Source: a virus
Taxonomy: Duplodnaviria; Caudoviricetes
DNA length: 64,000 nucleotides
IMG/VR virus record: IMGVR_UViG_3300025392_000232
Coordinates: 1 to 64,000 of that record
Reading direction: 5' to 3' (one strand)
The stretch's first letter is position 1, and the number at the start of each line of letters is the position of its first letter. A program made the translations under genes and the position numbers. Below are positions 1 through 9,589 of the stretch, piece after piece. A model generated the notes under the pieces. The model did not search any database. It was not told the origin of the DNA and worked only from the letters and a program-made list of their open reading frames with translations.

Positions 1-285
1 TCTTTTAGCTGTGCCTTTGCTATTAGGATCATTCTCGCGATCAATGAATAGTGTATCCAAGACTCGTTCAAATGCTTCTGTAGCTTCTTTGATTAGAATT
101 TCTTTATGTTCTTCTGTAACGTATTCACTAATGTTATCACCCGCCCAAAAGCGTTTTTGATCACGTTTCATTTTAAAACGCAATACATCCGCTAGATTTG
201 CTTCTTGATAATTTTTATCATCATCACCTTGCTGGTTAGCACCAGCAAGAATGTTTTCGTGTTCGTATATTCTGGATTCAGTCAT
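1..285 (-). CDS. folE: GTP cyclohydrolase I (N-terminal part, runs off window edge)
   Basis: Hand-translated, not in the ORF track: MTESRIYEHE...RFWAGDNISEY...LFIDRENDPNSKGTAKR, a typical FolE N-terminus; SD AGGAG upstream. Confidence 0.85.
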   Translation of the reverse strand, partial: MTESRIYEHENILAGANQQGDDDKNYQEANLADVLRFKMKRDQKRFWAGDNISEYVTEEHKEILIKEATEAFERVLDTLFIDRENDPNSKGTAKR

Positions 286-302
286 TATTACTCCTATGTT
301 AG

Positions 303-332
303 TATTATATAGGTTTATTTAGGTTTTTGCAA
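303..332 (-). promoter_or_regulatory. Composite sigma70 (TTGCAA-17-TATAAT) plus TAAATA promoter of folE
   Basis: Minus strand reads TTGCAAaaacctaaataaacctaTATAAT. Confidence 0.7.
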
Positions 333-533
333 GGAATTATCTGCTCGAAGTTTCCGGCAAGCTTCTTTAACAGGAATAGGGTAGTCCGGACTTATTTCCG
401 AAATGGAGCAATCATATTTGACAGTTATATGCGGATGTGTGTAATTCCAGTAGATAGCAAATACTACTAATAGTATTCCCAGTATTAGTACACTATAAAA
501 ATCTAAATTTTGTCTGAAAGTAGAATCTTGCAT
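315..533 (-). CDS. Small membrane hypothetical protein
   Basis: One hydrophobic segment, two Cys; overlaps its neighbour as in an operon. Confidence 0.6.
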   Translation of the reverse strand: MQDSTFRQNLDFYSVLILGILLVVFAIYWNYTHPHITVKYDCSISEISPDYPIPVKEACRKLRADNSLQKPK

Positions 534-715
534 AATTGATAGTCCTTTTTTGATTTAAAACGAAACAGCATACAATCGTGGTACGGATGACTTGTAAAAC
601 GATCTCCGGGTAATCCAAATATTTCTACTACATCTGCACAAACTTCATTCCACCAATACTTGTTTTGGTTATCCCAAAGGAGTTTAATTTCCCATATAGT
701 ATCAACTGTTTCCAT
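503..715 (-). CDS. Hypothetical protein
   Basis: Likely start METVDTIW; WWNEVCA..FGLPGDRF segment. Confidence 0.6.
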   Translation of the reverse strand: METVDTIWEIKLLWDNQNKYWWNEVCADVVEIFGLPGDRFTSHPYHDCMLFRFKSKKDYQLCKILLSDKI

Positions 716-1082
716 TTTTATAGTTACCCTTTTCTGGAATAACGTGGCGAACCCCGCCACGAGGATCTTCCATATCTCCCTTACGTCTTGGGATCATATG
801 GACATGCGGATACATTACTGTTTGGCCAGCAACCTGCCCAACATTTTGTCCGATGTTGAAGCCTTCCCATTGTTCTGTTTCAACACCATCATACCCGAAC
901 TTGTAAGCGGCTTTGAAACACTCATATAAGTTTTCAGATTTTTTGTAGGTAGGCACAAATAACAAGTGCCCTTGGGTAACTGGATACGCATCTCGGAAGA
1001 CCCAGAAGTCTTTTGTTCGATATTCGATTTCTGTCCACGGTGCAAGTTTTTCATCAAGTGCCTTTATTAGATCGTTCTGCAA
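702..1082 (-). CDS. HIT-family nucleotide hydrolase
   Basis: D-A-Y-P-V-T-Q-G-H-L-L, GFNIGQNVG..AGQTV, histidine triad HVHMIPR. Confidence 0.92.
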   Translation of the reverse strand: MQNDLIKALDEKLAPWTEIEYRTKDFWVFRDAYPVTQGHLLFVPTYKKSENLYECFKAAYKFGYDGVETEQWEGFNIGQNVGQVAGQTVMYPHVHMIPRRKGDMEDPRGGVRHVIPEKGNYKNGNS

Positions 1083-1233
1083 GTTCTACCTCTTTAAGTT
1101 CGTCTTCTAAATATGCAATATAGTCGGATAAGAAAATCTTTCTCCGATCTCCTCCCTCGAGCCCCTCTGCTTTGATCATGTCTTTCTTAACCATCTCAAT
1201 TTTGTCTCGATATTCTTGTGCAGTCAATGTCAT
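1054..1233 (-). CDS. Small hypothetical protein (59 aa)
   Basis: Hand-translated MTLTAQEYRDKIEMVKKD...; fills the gap, with ATGA overlap. Confidence 0.6.
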   Translation of the reverse strand: MTLTAQEYRDKIEMVKKDMIKAEGLEGGDRRKIFLSDYIAYLEDELKEVELAERSNKGT

Positions 1234-1427
1234 TTTTTAGATCCAAAACGTAAACCAGTTAAACTACCAAATACTAGGAAATATGCAAGCCAAGTTTCCC
1301 ATGTATACGGAATATGTAACATTGGGAACAGCGTATTCAAACCCCAAATACCGGCTAGTGGCCCAAGTGTTATAGCAATTACAATTAATGTAATACCAAA
1401 AATAAGTTTAATTAATGCCGATGTCAT
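1230..1427 (-). CDS. Small membrane protein
   Basis: Two hydrophobic segments; start MTSALIK overlaps the PRTase stop. Confidence 0.6.
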   Translation of the reverse strand: MTSALIKLIFGITLIVIAITLGPLAGIWGLNTLFPMLHIPYTWETWLAYFLVFGSLTGLRFGSKK

Positions 1428-1912
1428 TTCCAAAATTCCTCCCAAGGATAAACTAACCAACAGTCTTCTTCTGCTTTATTAACTTCCCAGTATGTATAAT
1501 CAACGTCTTCTTTACTAGATAGATTATTAGTAAGTGTAGCAAAGCGTACATTCTGTCCCCATACTTGTTGCCATTGTGTTTCACCGGGTAAGCAACTTGA
1601 TTGCCAATCTTGTTTAATCCAAGCAATAGTAGAGCCTTGATCGTTAATGTCGTCGACTACTAAGATGTTAACACCGTTGTAGGCGTCTTCGGCCATACCA
1701 CAATCACTTACTTTAATACCACCATCTCTAAGGCTAACCATTAGTGTAGCCATAGGGATATCTAAATACTGACTGATTAAATTAGCAGGCGTTAATCCAC
1801 CACGGCTGATACCTACAATATATTTAGGTAACCAGCTATCTTGAACCATTTGGCGAGAAAGATCTAAGCAAGCACCTTCTACTTGTTGCCAAGTATAATA
1901 TATTTTCTTCAT
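1424..1912 (-). CDS. Purine phosphoribosyltransferase (Gpt/Hpt-like)
   Basis: IVGISRGGL and PRPP loop ILVVDDINDQGST; C-terminal W-x-V-Y-P-W-E. Confidence 0.9.
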   Translation of the reverse strand: MKKIYYTWQQVEGACLDLSRQMVQDSWLPKYIVGISRGGLTPANLISQYLDIPMATLMVSLRDGGIKVSDCGMAEDAYNGVNILVVDDINDQGSTIAWIKQDWQSSCLPGETQWQQVWGQNVRFATLTNNLSSKEDVDYTYWEVNKAEEDCWLVYPWEEFWK

Positions 1913-2139
1913 GCTGTTAGTGCTGACGCTAAAATAGTCATTTCCTCTTTAGTCATAAAAAAGTTGTAAGTGGCAGTATCTTGTACTACACCATCTTTCA
2001 AATGTTGTTGTTCCATGTCAACACTGAACAAGCCTTTAGGGCTTAGTACTTCGTGTTTTTTCAACACAAGGCGAAAACCTTCGTGTTCTTTGATTACTTG
2101 TTCTGTATAAGTATCTTTAATTGATTCATGTAGTTCCAT
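1909..2139 (-). CDS. Hypothetical protein
   Basis: Likely start MELHESIK with GGAG upstream. Confidence 0.6.
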   Translation of the reverse strand: MELHESIKDTYTEQVIKEHEGFRLVLKKHEVLSPKGLFSVDMEQQHLKDGVVQDTATYNFFMTKEEMTILASALTA

Positions 2140-2497
2140 CTTCATCTCCTTTAATAGTTTCCCACATTCTATATTTGGACAATTCCTTAATATAGTCGTC
2201 ATGCATCTTTTTAAGTTTTGGATGTTTAGCTTCTAGTTTAACATCTCTTTCTGGAATTTGCAAGACTTTTTCAATTGTCTCTAACCGTTCTTCTAAATCT
2301 CGTCCATTAATAACCATGTTACCTTTAACTTCTATGGTAGGAGGATTAGTTTGATTAATCTTCATTACTTCACTAACTGGGTTAGACCAAGTGGAAGTAC
2401 CAGTGGTATAGACTGGACCAGTAGTTGTGCTAGGGATGGATGTTAAAAACTGACCCGATGTTCCGTTAGATTGCGTTATTGTTTTAAAGTATGCCAT
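2126..2497 (-). CDS. Hypothetical protein
   Basis: Thr-rich N-terminus, coiled-coil C-terminus. Confidence 0.65.
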   Translation of the reverse strand: MAYFKTITQSNGTSGQFLTSIPSTTTGPVYTTGTSTWSNPVSEVMKINQTNPPTIEVKGNMVINGRDLEERLETIEKVLQIPERDVKLEAKHPKLKKMHDDYIKELSKYRMWETIKGDEDGTT

Positions 2498-2966
2498 TCT
2501 TTCTATTAATCAAGTAATTGTCGTTGTGGATCCATTCGTTGTTGACCCAAAATCCCCATTCACGACGTTGTGGTCCCGGCATAAACATAGTCCAAGCAGT
2601 CACACCTTCTTTTAATTCAATACGATGATAACTGTTTGGGCTACAAATACGGAAATGTCCAGGTCCACGCCATTTGCGTACTTCACAGTTCAGTGTACCA
2701 TCTTCATTAAATTGTGGAATCCATTCGTAGTAACCACCTGCTAGAATTAATGTGGCATAAGGCCATGGATGATCATGAACATCGTCCGGGTCACCTTTTA
2801 AGAACTTGTGTAGAAAAATATTAAACGGAAAACTTTTACGATCTTTCAAAAAGATATAATAACGTTCCAGATATGGCTCGTTATCAACACGATCCATAAT
2901 AATACGTTTACGGTCGTTGCGTTCTAGCCAATTAAGGAAGCGGTCTCTGATCTTCTGGAGTGTCAT
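2484..2966 (-). CDS. Cupin-like metal-binding protein
   Basis: H-D-H-P-W...E...H-R-I-E-L pattern typical of cupins. Confidence 0.6.
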   Translation of the reverse strand: MTLQKIRDRFLNWLERNDRKRIIMDRVDNEPYLERYYIFLKDRKSFPFNIFLHKFLKGDPDDVHDHPWPYATLILAGGYYEWIPQFNEDGTLNCEVRKWRGPGHFRICSPNSYHRIELKEGVTAWTMFMPGPQRREWGFWVNNEWIHNDNYLINRKNGIL

Positions 2967-3327
2967 AGTGGTCTTTTACTAGATAATAAGTTGTTTTAAA
3001 TTTTTCAAATGCTATTTTTAATCCAGGATATTGTTTGCACATTTTTTGAATTCTATCAAAATCTGGCATAGTATCTACAAATTCTTCCGGAAGTTTAAAG
3101 TTCCAATCGTATCCAGTACCGGCGCCACCAATAGAACTAATAGTTACATTACCGGTTCCAATACCAATAGAACCACTGACAGCTCCGCCGTTGTTAATTG
3201 TTATAGTTCCGCTATTACCGCCTATACCTGCACCGGTATAGTAGTAACTACTACCTGTACTATTGCTTATGGTAAGTGTATCATTTAATGTTGTTGAGTA
3301 GATTGTTGGCGCTGAAGAAGTTGTCAT
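2932..3327 (-). CDS. Hypothetical protein
   Basis: Gly/Thr-rich N-terminus; MCKQYPGLKIAFEKF C-terminal domain. Confidence 0.65.
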   Translation of the reverse strand: MTTSSAPTIYSTTLNDTLTISNSTGSSYYYTGAGIGGNSGTITINNGGAVSGSIGIGTGNVTISSIGGAGTGYDWNFKLPEEFVDTMPDFDRIQKMCKQYPGLKIAFEKFKTTYYLVKDHYDTPEDQRPLP

Positions 3328-4348
3328 TTAAATCCTTTGCTTGTTTACGTATGGATGGTATTCTTGTAGAGTAATTATCCATATGTTCCATTATTTTACG
3401 GCATAAATCTGGACGGTATACAGTGTATGTGTCGTAATCGTTGGTCCATACACTTGGATACTTAAATGTATCGTAGTACATCTCGCTATAACTTAAACGA
3501 TCTGGAACCATGGGAATAGCATCAACCACCGCACCTTCATAGCAACTGATGCCTAGTGTTTCTTGTAGATTAGCACTAAACACCATCTTTGCTTCGCCTA
3601 ACAAGTTATGATATTCGTTTTTTGTCAGCTGTTGATCCTGACATACTACAAATTCATACTGCGGTAAGCGTGTAGCCAAGTCTCTAAAAATATCAACTTG
3701 TTTCTCAGGTGCAATACGATGCGGGAAAAGAATAAGATTTCGCTTGGGCATATTCTTATACACAGTTAATGTATCATCCATATATTCCATTGGCCAACCT
3801 GTGCGTACTACTTTTTTAGTTACATTAGCTTCTGGAACATACGCACTTTTGCCTAGTAAGTTCTTACCAAACATTTCAATATGAAATTGTGTAGCAAAGT
3901 AGTTATGGTCAAATGCATGATAGAAACTTTGTTCTGCATGACGTACCCAGGGCTTATTACCAACTAAGCGTCCAAGAAAGTCTTGAGGATCATAACTACC
4001 GGCATGCCAAAGTCCATGTGTAACTACTGGAATATCCAGTAGTTCACTCATGTATTTTAAATTTATGATGCCTGGATGCCAAGCGTCAGTAAAAATAAAG
4101 TGGTCGCCAGCATGAACGGATCCATCACAAAATAGACGACCCAGGGTTTCAACTTGCTTAGACTTATATATATTGGTGCCACCAAAATTAAGAAAAGCAC
4201 CAGGAGTAGTGGCTGAAGGAATATCTTCAGGGCCACAGATAACTTGAACATTATGTCCTGCCTTTCGTAAGAGATTAGGTACATGGCGTTTCCATTCGCC
4301 AGTGTACCTAGTTTCTACAGCTTCTAGATCAATTAGAAATACGTTCAT
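3281..4348 (-). CDS. GT-B (GT4-like) glycosyltransferase, probably DNA-modifying
   Basis: FPHRIAPEKQ and the E-x7-E signature ETLGISCYE. Confidence 0.8.
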   Translation of the reverse strand: MNVFLIDLEAVETRYTGEWKRHVPNLLRKAGHNVQVICGPEDIPSATTPGAFLNFGGTNIYKSKQVETLGRLFCDGSVHAGDHFIFTDAWHPGIINLKYMSELLDIPVVTHGLWHAGSYDPQDFLGRLVGNKPWVRHAEQSFYHAFDHNYFATQFHIEMFGKNLLGKSAYVPEANVTKKVVRTGWPMEYMDDTLTVYKNMPKRNLILFPHRIAPEKQVDIFRDLATRLPQYEFVVCQDQQLTKNEYHNLLGEAKMVFSANLQETLGISCYEGAVVDAIPMVPDRLSYSEMYYDTFKYPSVWTNDYDTYTVYRPDLCRKIMEHMDNYSTRIPSIRKQAKDLNDNFFSANNLLNNIK

Positions 4349-4589
4349 TGTTGTAAGGACGTGGATTCTTGCCTAAATAAGGTTTACGTTCACCAGTGAA
4401 CGGTTTCTTAGGACGACGTGATTTGTCAAAGTTACGCCATTGCCAACTTTCTCTGTTGTAAAGATGAGATTCATTGAACTCACACAGTTCTAATCGGCAC
4501 CAATCACGAAATGCCTCTAAGTCGTCAAACAATTTGACAACATCGGGACGGTTCTCGAAATAAGCGTAGTCCTTATAATTCTTAGCCAT
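4329..4589 (-). CDS. Hypothetical protein
   Basis: Likely start MAKNYKDY. Confidence 0.6.
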   Translation of the reverse strand: MAKNYKDYAYFENRPDVVKLFDDLEAFRDWCRLELCEFNESHLYNRESWQWRNFDKSRRPKKPFTGERKPYLGKNPRPYNNERISN

Positions 4590-4602
4590 TATAGCTTTCC
4601 TT

Positions 4603-4998
4603 TTAATATTTGATAAACGAACCATTTTCTCCGTCTTCGGAGACCTCAATCCAAACCTCACGGTCGGGATACTTTTGTGAAATCATGTCATGTAATTCGT
4701 CTGACATCATTTCGCAACTTTTATAATCTAGCGACAGTACGCCTTCGTTGCTAGAATACAACCGTTCAAGCCACCGCTTGAACTGAATGAACTCAATATC
4801 TCTATCATTGTGTGTAACGCTAATCCAAACGCGGAAATGAAAAATATGGCGATGAGGACTAGCAAGAAACGATACATCATATTCATCTCCTGTAGCTAAA
4901 TTTGGATCTGTTGCGGCTGCTGGATAGCAATGTATACCTTCTTTACGGAAAGTAACCCAGATCATTTTATTTGGTCGAATGTCTTGTCTAATAATCAT
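4603..4998 (-). CDS. QueD/PTPS-like T-fold protein
   Basis: H...HRH metal triad, DRDIEF, SCE, terminal VSEDGENG strand. Confidence 0.6.
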   Translation of the reverse strand: MIIRQDIRPNKMIWVTFRKEGIHCYPAAATDPNLATGDEYDVSFLASPHRHIFHFRVWISVTHNDRDIEFIQFKRWLERLYSSNEGVLSLDYKSCEMMSDELHDMISQKYPDREVWIEVSEDGENGSFIKY

Positions 4999-5534
4999 GT
5001 TGGTGTATCTTGTGTATATTGATCCCAGTGAGTATATTTGTCTTTACTCATTAAATCATGTAGTTGATGAGTCCACACACCTGGATTAGTAGCACCCCAG
5101 GTGCGATCATCCAGTTTAAGTGTAGCATTGTAGTTGAGTTGGTTAATGTAAGGTAACTTAATACTGATCATGGGAACAAATCTAGGGTATTCATTATAGG
5201 AAGATTCTAATACACCTTCGATATGTTCAACACCGAAGTCTAAAGTTACCCAATAGTTTGCTTTAAGGCAACCAATGATAACTTCATCCCATGCTCGATA
5301 TTCTTCGTGGCTAATTGCTTTTGGATTAAAGCTCTGACTAGTACCAAAGTAGATATGTTTGATACGTTTAGACTCATCCAAGAATGATTGGGTATCATCT
5401 GCCTTACGTAAGATTTCTTCTAATGGAGGAGTACCTACAACAAATAATGTAAACATACCGTGACAAATAGTATGTTCGACTTCGTAGCCTGTAAAGTAAA
5501 CGACATCTTGCCGCTCTTCAGTGTTTAGTCCCAT
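4995..5534 (-). CDS. Conserved phage hypothetical protein
   Basis: YFTGYEVEHT...HIYFG...ATNPGVW. Confidence 0.7.
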   Translation of the reverse strand: MGLNTEERQDVVYFTGYEVEHTICHGMFTLFVVGTPPLEEILRKADDTQSFLDESKRIKHIYFGTSQSFNPKAISHEEYRAWDEVIIGCLKANYWVTLDFGVEHIEGVLESSYNEYPRFVPMISIKLPYINQLNYNATLKLDDRTWGATNPGVWTHQLHDLMSKDKYTHWDQYTQDTPT

Positions 5535-6430
5535 TTAATATAACCTCTACTATAACCACTCGGACGATTAACGCCGTCCGCAAACGCTTGTTCCCATTCA
5601 GTAGTACGATTGTAACACCTTGTCCAAAAAGAATCAACCTTTAAGTAGTCTTTTTCGATAAAGTATTTTGCCATTTGCATACAATCGATAAATGCTGGAT
5701 TTCTAGGACTTGGACGAACTGTAGTAACAGCTTTCCATAATTGTACTTGTGCTTCTTCCTTATCAATAGCTTTGCCTACACCATCAATAATAGTAGCGTT
5801 GTTATTTAGGTTTATGTCTATACCTAATCGATATTTTCCAGTGAGGTCTACAACTACATCATAACTTTCTGAAGTAGTAGTCTGCAATTTATCCCCCCAA
5901 AGTTCTTTGTTATTATTACCTAAAATATCCACATGAAAGATATAGCCATTTATTTTCATAGTATGATACGCAACCCAGGAAAGAAAACCACTACCAATAA
6001 TAAGCATACGATTATTTTCGTGCCTGCCTTGTTTATCTTGTAAGTATTCTTTAGATTGATTAATAAGATTAATACCACAAGCTACCGGCTCAAGAATATA
6101 TTTTGGATCTGCTTCAGGAACTACAACATATTCTTCAATCTTAACATTATAATAGTCAGCATAAGCAGGCTCGCCTCGTGTAGCAACAATATCACCTACT
6201 TGAGTTTTGCCAATACCCATACCTACTTTAGTTACGATACCTAGACCTTCGTGACCTTGCATGTGCAATGGCAACGGGCCAAAGTCTCCTTGCATCATAT
6301 CAATATCGCTACGACAAACACCAGTCATTATTGATTTTACTTCAATTTCATATTGTCCTGGCTCGGGCTTATCGAATTCTACTTCTTCAAAATAGCCTTG
6401 ACCAGTTGTTTGTAAGCATTTTACTTTCAT
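5525..6430 (-). CDS. Zn-dependent medium-chain dehydrogenase
   Basis: GVCRSD, GHEGLG, LEPVAC, IIGSGFL Rossmann motif; start MKVKCLQ. Confidence 0.85.
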   Translation of the reverse strand: MKVKCLQTTGQGYFEEVEFDKPEPGQYEIEVKSIMTGVCRSDIDMMQGDFGPLPLHMQGHEGLGIVTKVGMGIGKTQVGDIVATRGEPAYADYYNVKIEEYVVVPEADPKYILEPVACGINLINQSKEYLQDKQGRHENNRMLIIGSGFLSWVAYHTMKINGYIFHVDILGNNNKELWGDKLQTTTSESYDVVVDLTGKYRLGIDINLNNNATIIDGVGKAIDKEEAQVQLWKAVTTVRPSPRNPAFIDCMQMAKYFIEKDYLKVDSFWTRCYNRTTEWEQAFADGVNRPSGYSRGYIKWD

Positions 6431-7308
6431 AAGTTTTCTATTCTTTCGTGTATCCAAGTATCGATATCAAATTGATCTAACCAAAACTGATAGTTATCTA
6501 CATTATCTAAGGCATCTTTGATCATTGCTGTATATGCTTCTTCTGGGCACCATCCTAAATTGAATACTTCTACACTATTATCCTGCATAATAAACTGTAT
6601 AGAACTATCTTCAGTTGTCATACTTCGCCAATCTGCCTGACACCCCCATTTGCTACCAAAGTCAATGTGGCACTTGTCGTCTACATCGTAGACACCATTA
6701 GGATTAACTACCCCGTAGTCGGTGCTTTTGATATCTTCTAAATTCCACATCATTTGTGAGCCGCTACCGTTGACTGATTCGGCTCTCCATTTAGGATTCA
6801 TAGCAACATATAAACTTAATAAATGTGGCATCAAGTCTCGGCTAACACCTCCAAAAGCTAGTTTACGTGTAGTAAACCAACTACCGGGACTAGGAATACA
6901 ATTCTTTCTAACCCACCGAATGTTTACTATCCTTGCTCGACTTGCTGATGCTTTTAAATCAACAATATTGTCACGCCACATGTTATTTTTAACCATCATA
7001 AATCGTGTGCGGGGGAAATCGGTTATTAGTTTAATCCAAGACTTACTATTAACAACACCCGGTTTTTCGATAAACACTATTTTAGTTACTGGTGCCAATT
7101 TACGTGCGATTTCTTCGTGGGTAAAATTAGGTGTGCAGATGTGAACAGTATCAAACATGCGACATTCTTCAATAGCCGCATCTACTGTTAAGAAGTCTGC
7201 ATTTTTATTAGAATCTTGATCTACAGTAATAACACCGTGACCAAGTTTATTCAGCACAGTAGCATATAAGTTTCCAATACCCATTCCTACAACTAGACTA
7301 GTTTTCAT
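6427..7308 (-). CDS. Gfo/Idh/MocA-family oxidoreductase
   Basis: GMGIG, ICTPNFTH, IEKP, GGVSRDLMPH. Confidence 0.88.
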   Translation of the reverse strand: MKTSLVVGMGIGNLYATVLNKLGHGVITVDQDSNKNADFLTVDAAIEECRMFDTVHICTPNFTHEEIARKLAPVTKIVFIEKPGVVNSKSWIKLITDFPRTRFMMVKNNMWRDNIVDLKASASRARIVNIRWVRKNCIPSPGSWFTTRKLAFGGVSRDLMPHLLSLYVAMNPKWRAESVNGSGSQMMWNLEDIKSTDYGVVNPNGVYDVDDKCHIDFGSKWGCQADWRSMTTEDSSIQFIMQDNSVEVFNLGWCPEEAYTAMIKDALDNVDNYQFWLDQFDIDTWIHERIENL

Positions 7309-7549
7309 TACTATCTACCTTTGATTGTTCGTATTGCTGGAATAATCTAGTTACATCTTCCATACGTTTAGCAAATATGTCCGGAGCACCTTCTGCCGCA
7401 TGATTCATATCGTATTCGTTAGGGTAATGACGTAGACATGCCCTTGCTTCATCTTTAACAGCCTTAGGAATTCTAGGAGTAGTTAAGATTTTTAATAAAA
7501 ATCTTTGAGTCTGTACTACTGCTCGATATCTTTCATCAGGTAATGTCAT
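7298..7549 (-). CDS. Small conserved hypothetical protein
   Basis: MTLPDERYRAV...ARACLRHYP. Confidence 0.7.
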   Translation of the reverse strand: MTLPDERYRAVVQTQRFLLKILTTPRIPKAVKDEARACLRHYPNEYDMNHAAEGAPDIFAKRMEDVTRLFQQYEQSKVDSNEN

Positions 7550-9239
7550 GTACGCTTGCTTCTAATGCATCTAGTTTATCAATTGCAGAATCGTCAAAAT
7601 CTGCTTCATCTTCTAATTGTACACTATCCCCGTCTACTTCTTCAAACAATTCGGAGAATTTACCACTAGCATTGACTGTTTTCTTACCAATAGCACCACG
7701 TGTACCTGGAATAGCTTGCCAAAATTTATCAAATCCATCAATAATAGCAATAGCAGTTTCTCGATCGGGCGCACTAAAAATGGCATCAACTACATCTTTA
7801 AAGTACACTCGTTCAAATTTTTCATCTACTAACATAGCAGGACAAAGTCCAGCATCGTATTGTCGATTAGCTTCTTGTACACTATTGATATGCATCCAAA
7901 CATTATGACCCATCATAATAGCATAGGTAAAACTATCCCAACTTGTTTTGCCTTCTTTGCCTATCTTATTTAGGTCGCCAGGCCCGTAGATACAAATATC
8001 TTTAACCTGAACACCGTCCATTAGTGGACTAGATTCAAAATTAGTAAAATGTTTGTCTTGTACAACAACATCTTTGAATAGTCTTGTATCCTTGGAATAT
8101 TTCTTGTTATCTAGACTAGGCAACATTCTGTACAACCATTTTTCACGATCTTTAATTTCTGTTTGTACATAAATTTGTCCGTTAGCTGTAGCAAGAAATG
8201 GACTAGCACAATCAAAGCTAATAGTAAAGTCAGGATTATGATATTTACGAATAGCACGTTGAATATCTGTTAGTAGTAAAGCCCATTCTAATTTACTTGT
8301 GCCTAAGAAATGCATCCAATCTTGATGTCCTTGTTCCAATAGTCCATCAAACTTTAACGCAACTAGTCTGCGTAGTACCAGGTCTACGTCACACATGTTC
8401 TGGCCACCCATTGCCCATCCGTTAAATGGTTTGTCATATTTTGTTGGATCGCAAAAGTCTTTCATCTTTTGATACCAATCTTCTGCTTGTCCGTGATTTT
8501 CGCCTTGTAACACGTTTAAAAATTTACAAGCACCGGTACGATGTTTAATAAAGTATTCGTTATTGTACTTTGTAGCCGCAACAGCTTGATCGTAATCGGC
8601 AACACCACTATTCTTAGCACCAACTGGGCTACGACCAACCCATGCCGGAATATCAAGTACCATACCATAATCCATTAAGGCATCCATCCATGCTAGTACC
8701 TGCTCACGTTTCTTTTGTGCCGCATCCAATTTAGCTTGATAAATTTTAACGTGATCAACTTTAGTATATTTTGGATTGCCGTTCTTATCTGTCTTAGGAT
8801 GTCCAGTAGGATGTAGTTGTGGTACTAGTTCAATACCTTTGGCAATGGCTTCAGCCATTCGTTGTGCAACTACAGGACCGGTTGGATCGTTCCATTCGCC
8901 TTCCCATACGCCCTTACCAATCTGGAAACCACCTGAATCGCCTAACACCCAACTTGTTTTACGATCTCTGTTGCGGAACATATCTTCACTTGGATCTGGT
9001 TTAGACAAATCTAAGTTAGCGTGTCCTGCTGAATACAAACAATGATCAAAGTAAAACGACGCATTTGGATTTAGATAGTTCATAGCTTCGATACCTATGG
9101 GCCCAAAGCTAGCAGGAATACGAGCAGGATCTACATAGTTATTATAACGTTGTTTACCTATGTATGTACTATAAAATCCTGATGTTGCTGGCAGGAAATA
9201 TGCATAATCGTTTTGTGTAGCAGTTAAGTTTTTATTCAT
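7536..9239 (-). CDS. dpdA: DpdA/TGT-like DNA guanine transglycosylase
   Basis: TGT-fold motifs DSGGFQ, LDIP, VLQG, GWAMGG, MHFLG, SFDCAS, HN; lies near folE; start MNKNLTAT. Confidence 0.75.
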   Translation of the reverse strand: MNKNLTATQNDYAYFLPATSGFYSTYIGKQRYNNYVDPARIPASFGPIGIEAMNYLNPNASFYFDHCLYSAGHANLDLSKPDPSEDMFRNRDRKTSWVLGDSGGFQIGKGVWEGEWNDPTGPVVAQRMAEAIAKGIELVPQLHPTGHPKTDKNGNPKYTKVDHVKIYQAKLDAAQKKREQVLAWMDALMDYGMVLDIPAWVGRSPVGAKNSGVADYDQAVAATKYNNEYFIKHRTGACKFLNVLQGENHGQAEDWYQKMKDFCDPTKYDKPFNGWAMGGQNMCDVDLVLRRLVALKFDGLLEQGHQDWMHFLGTSKLEWALLLTDIQRAIRKYHNPDFTISFDCASPFLATANGQIYVQTEIKDREKWLYRMLPSLDNKKYSKDTRLFKDVVVQDKHFTNFESSPLMDGVQVKDICIYGPGDLNKIGKEGKTSWDSFTYAIMMGHNVWMHINSVQEANRQYDAGLCPAMLVDEKFERVYFKDVVDAIFSAPDRETAIAIIDGFDKFWQAIPGTRGAIGKKTVNASGKFSELFEEVDGDSVQLEDEADFDDSAIDKLDALEASVHDIT

Positions 9240-9589
9240 TTTATCCAATGCTGTGCTAGTACCATTAAGCTCAACCAAGCCCACATGGTGTTAAATCCTA
9301 CTAGTGTTGGCAATGCTTTTTTACGACTTGCCCATATCAGTGTTACACTAGTTAAGAGTGTTAGGTAGTACAATTCCCAAATTTGAATACCAAAGATTAA
9401 ACCAGGAATAATAATGATAGCCTTTGCTAACCAACTAATAAATTCTACTGTATTATATCCTGTCCAGTATTCTTTTGTAAACCACATAGCATAACAGTCG
9501 CGCATATTACGCCAACCGCTATGTGTATAGCTAATGGCCATAAGTACCAACCAAATTCCTACCGCTAATAAAATTTGATCCAATGTCAT
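9236..9589 (-). CDS. Multi-pass membrane protein
   Basis: About four hydrophobic segments. Confidence 0.65.
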   Translation of the reverse strand: MTLDQILLAVGIWLVLMAISYTHSGWRNMRDCYAMWFTKEYWTGYNTVEFISWLAKAIIIIPGLIFGIQIWELYYLTLLTSVTLIWASRKKALPTLVGFNTMWAWLSLMVLAQHWIK

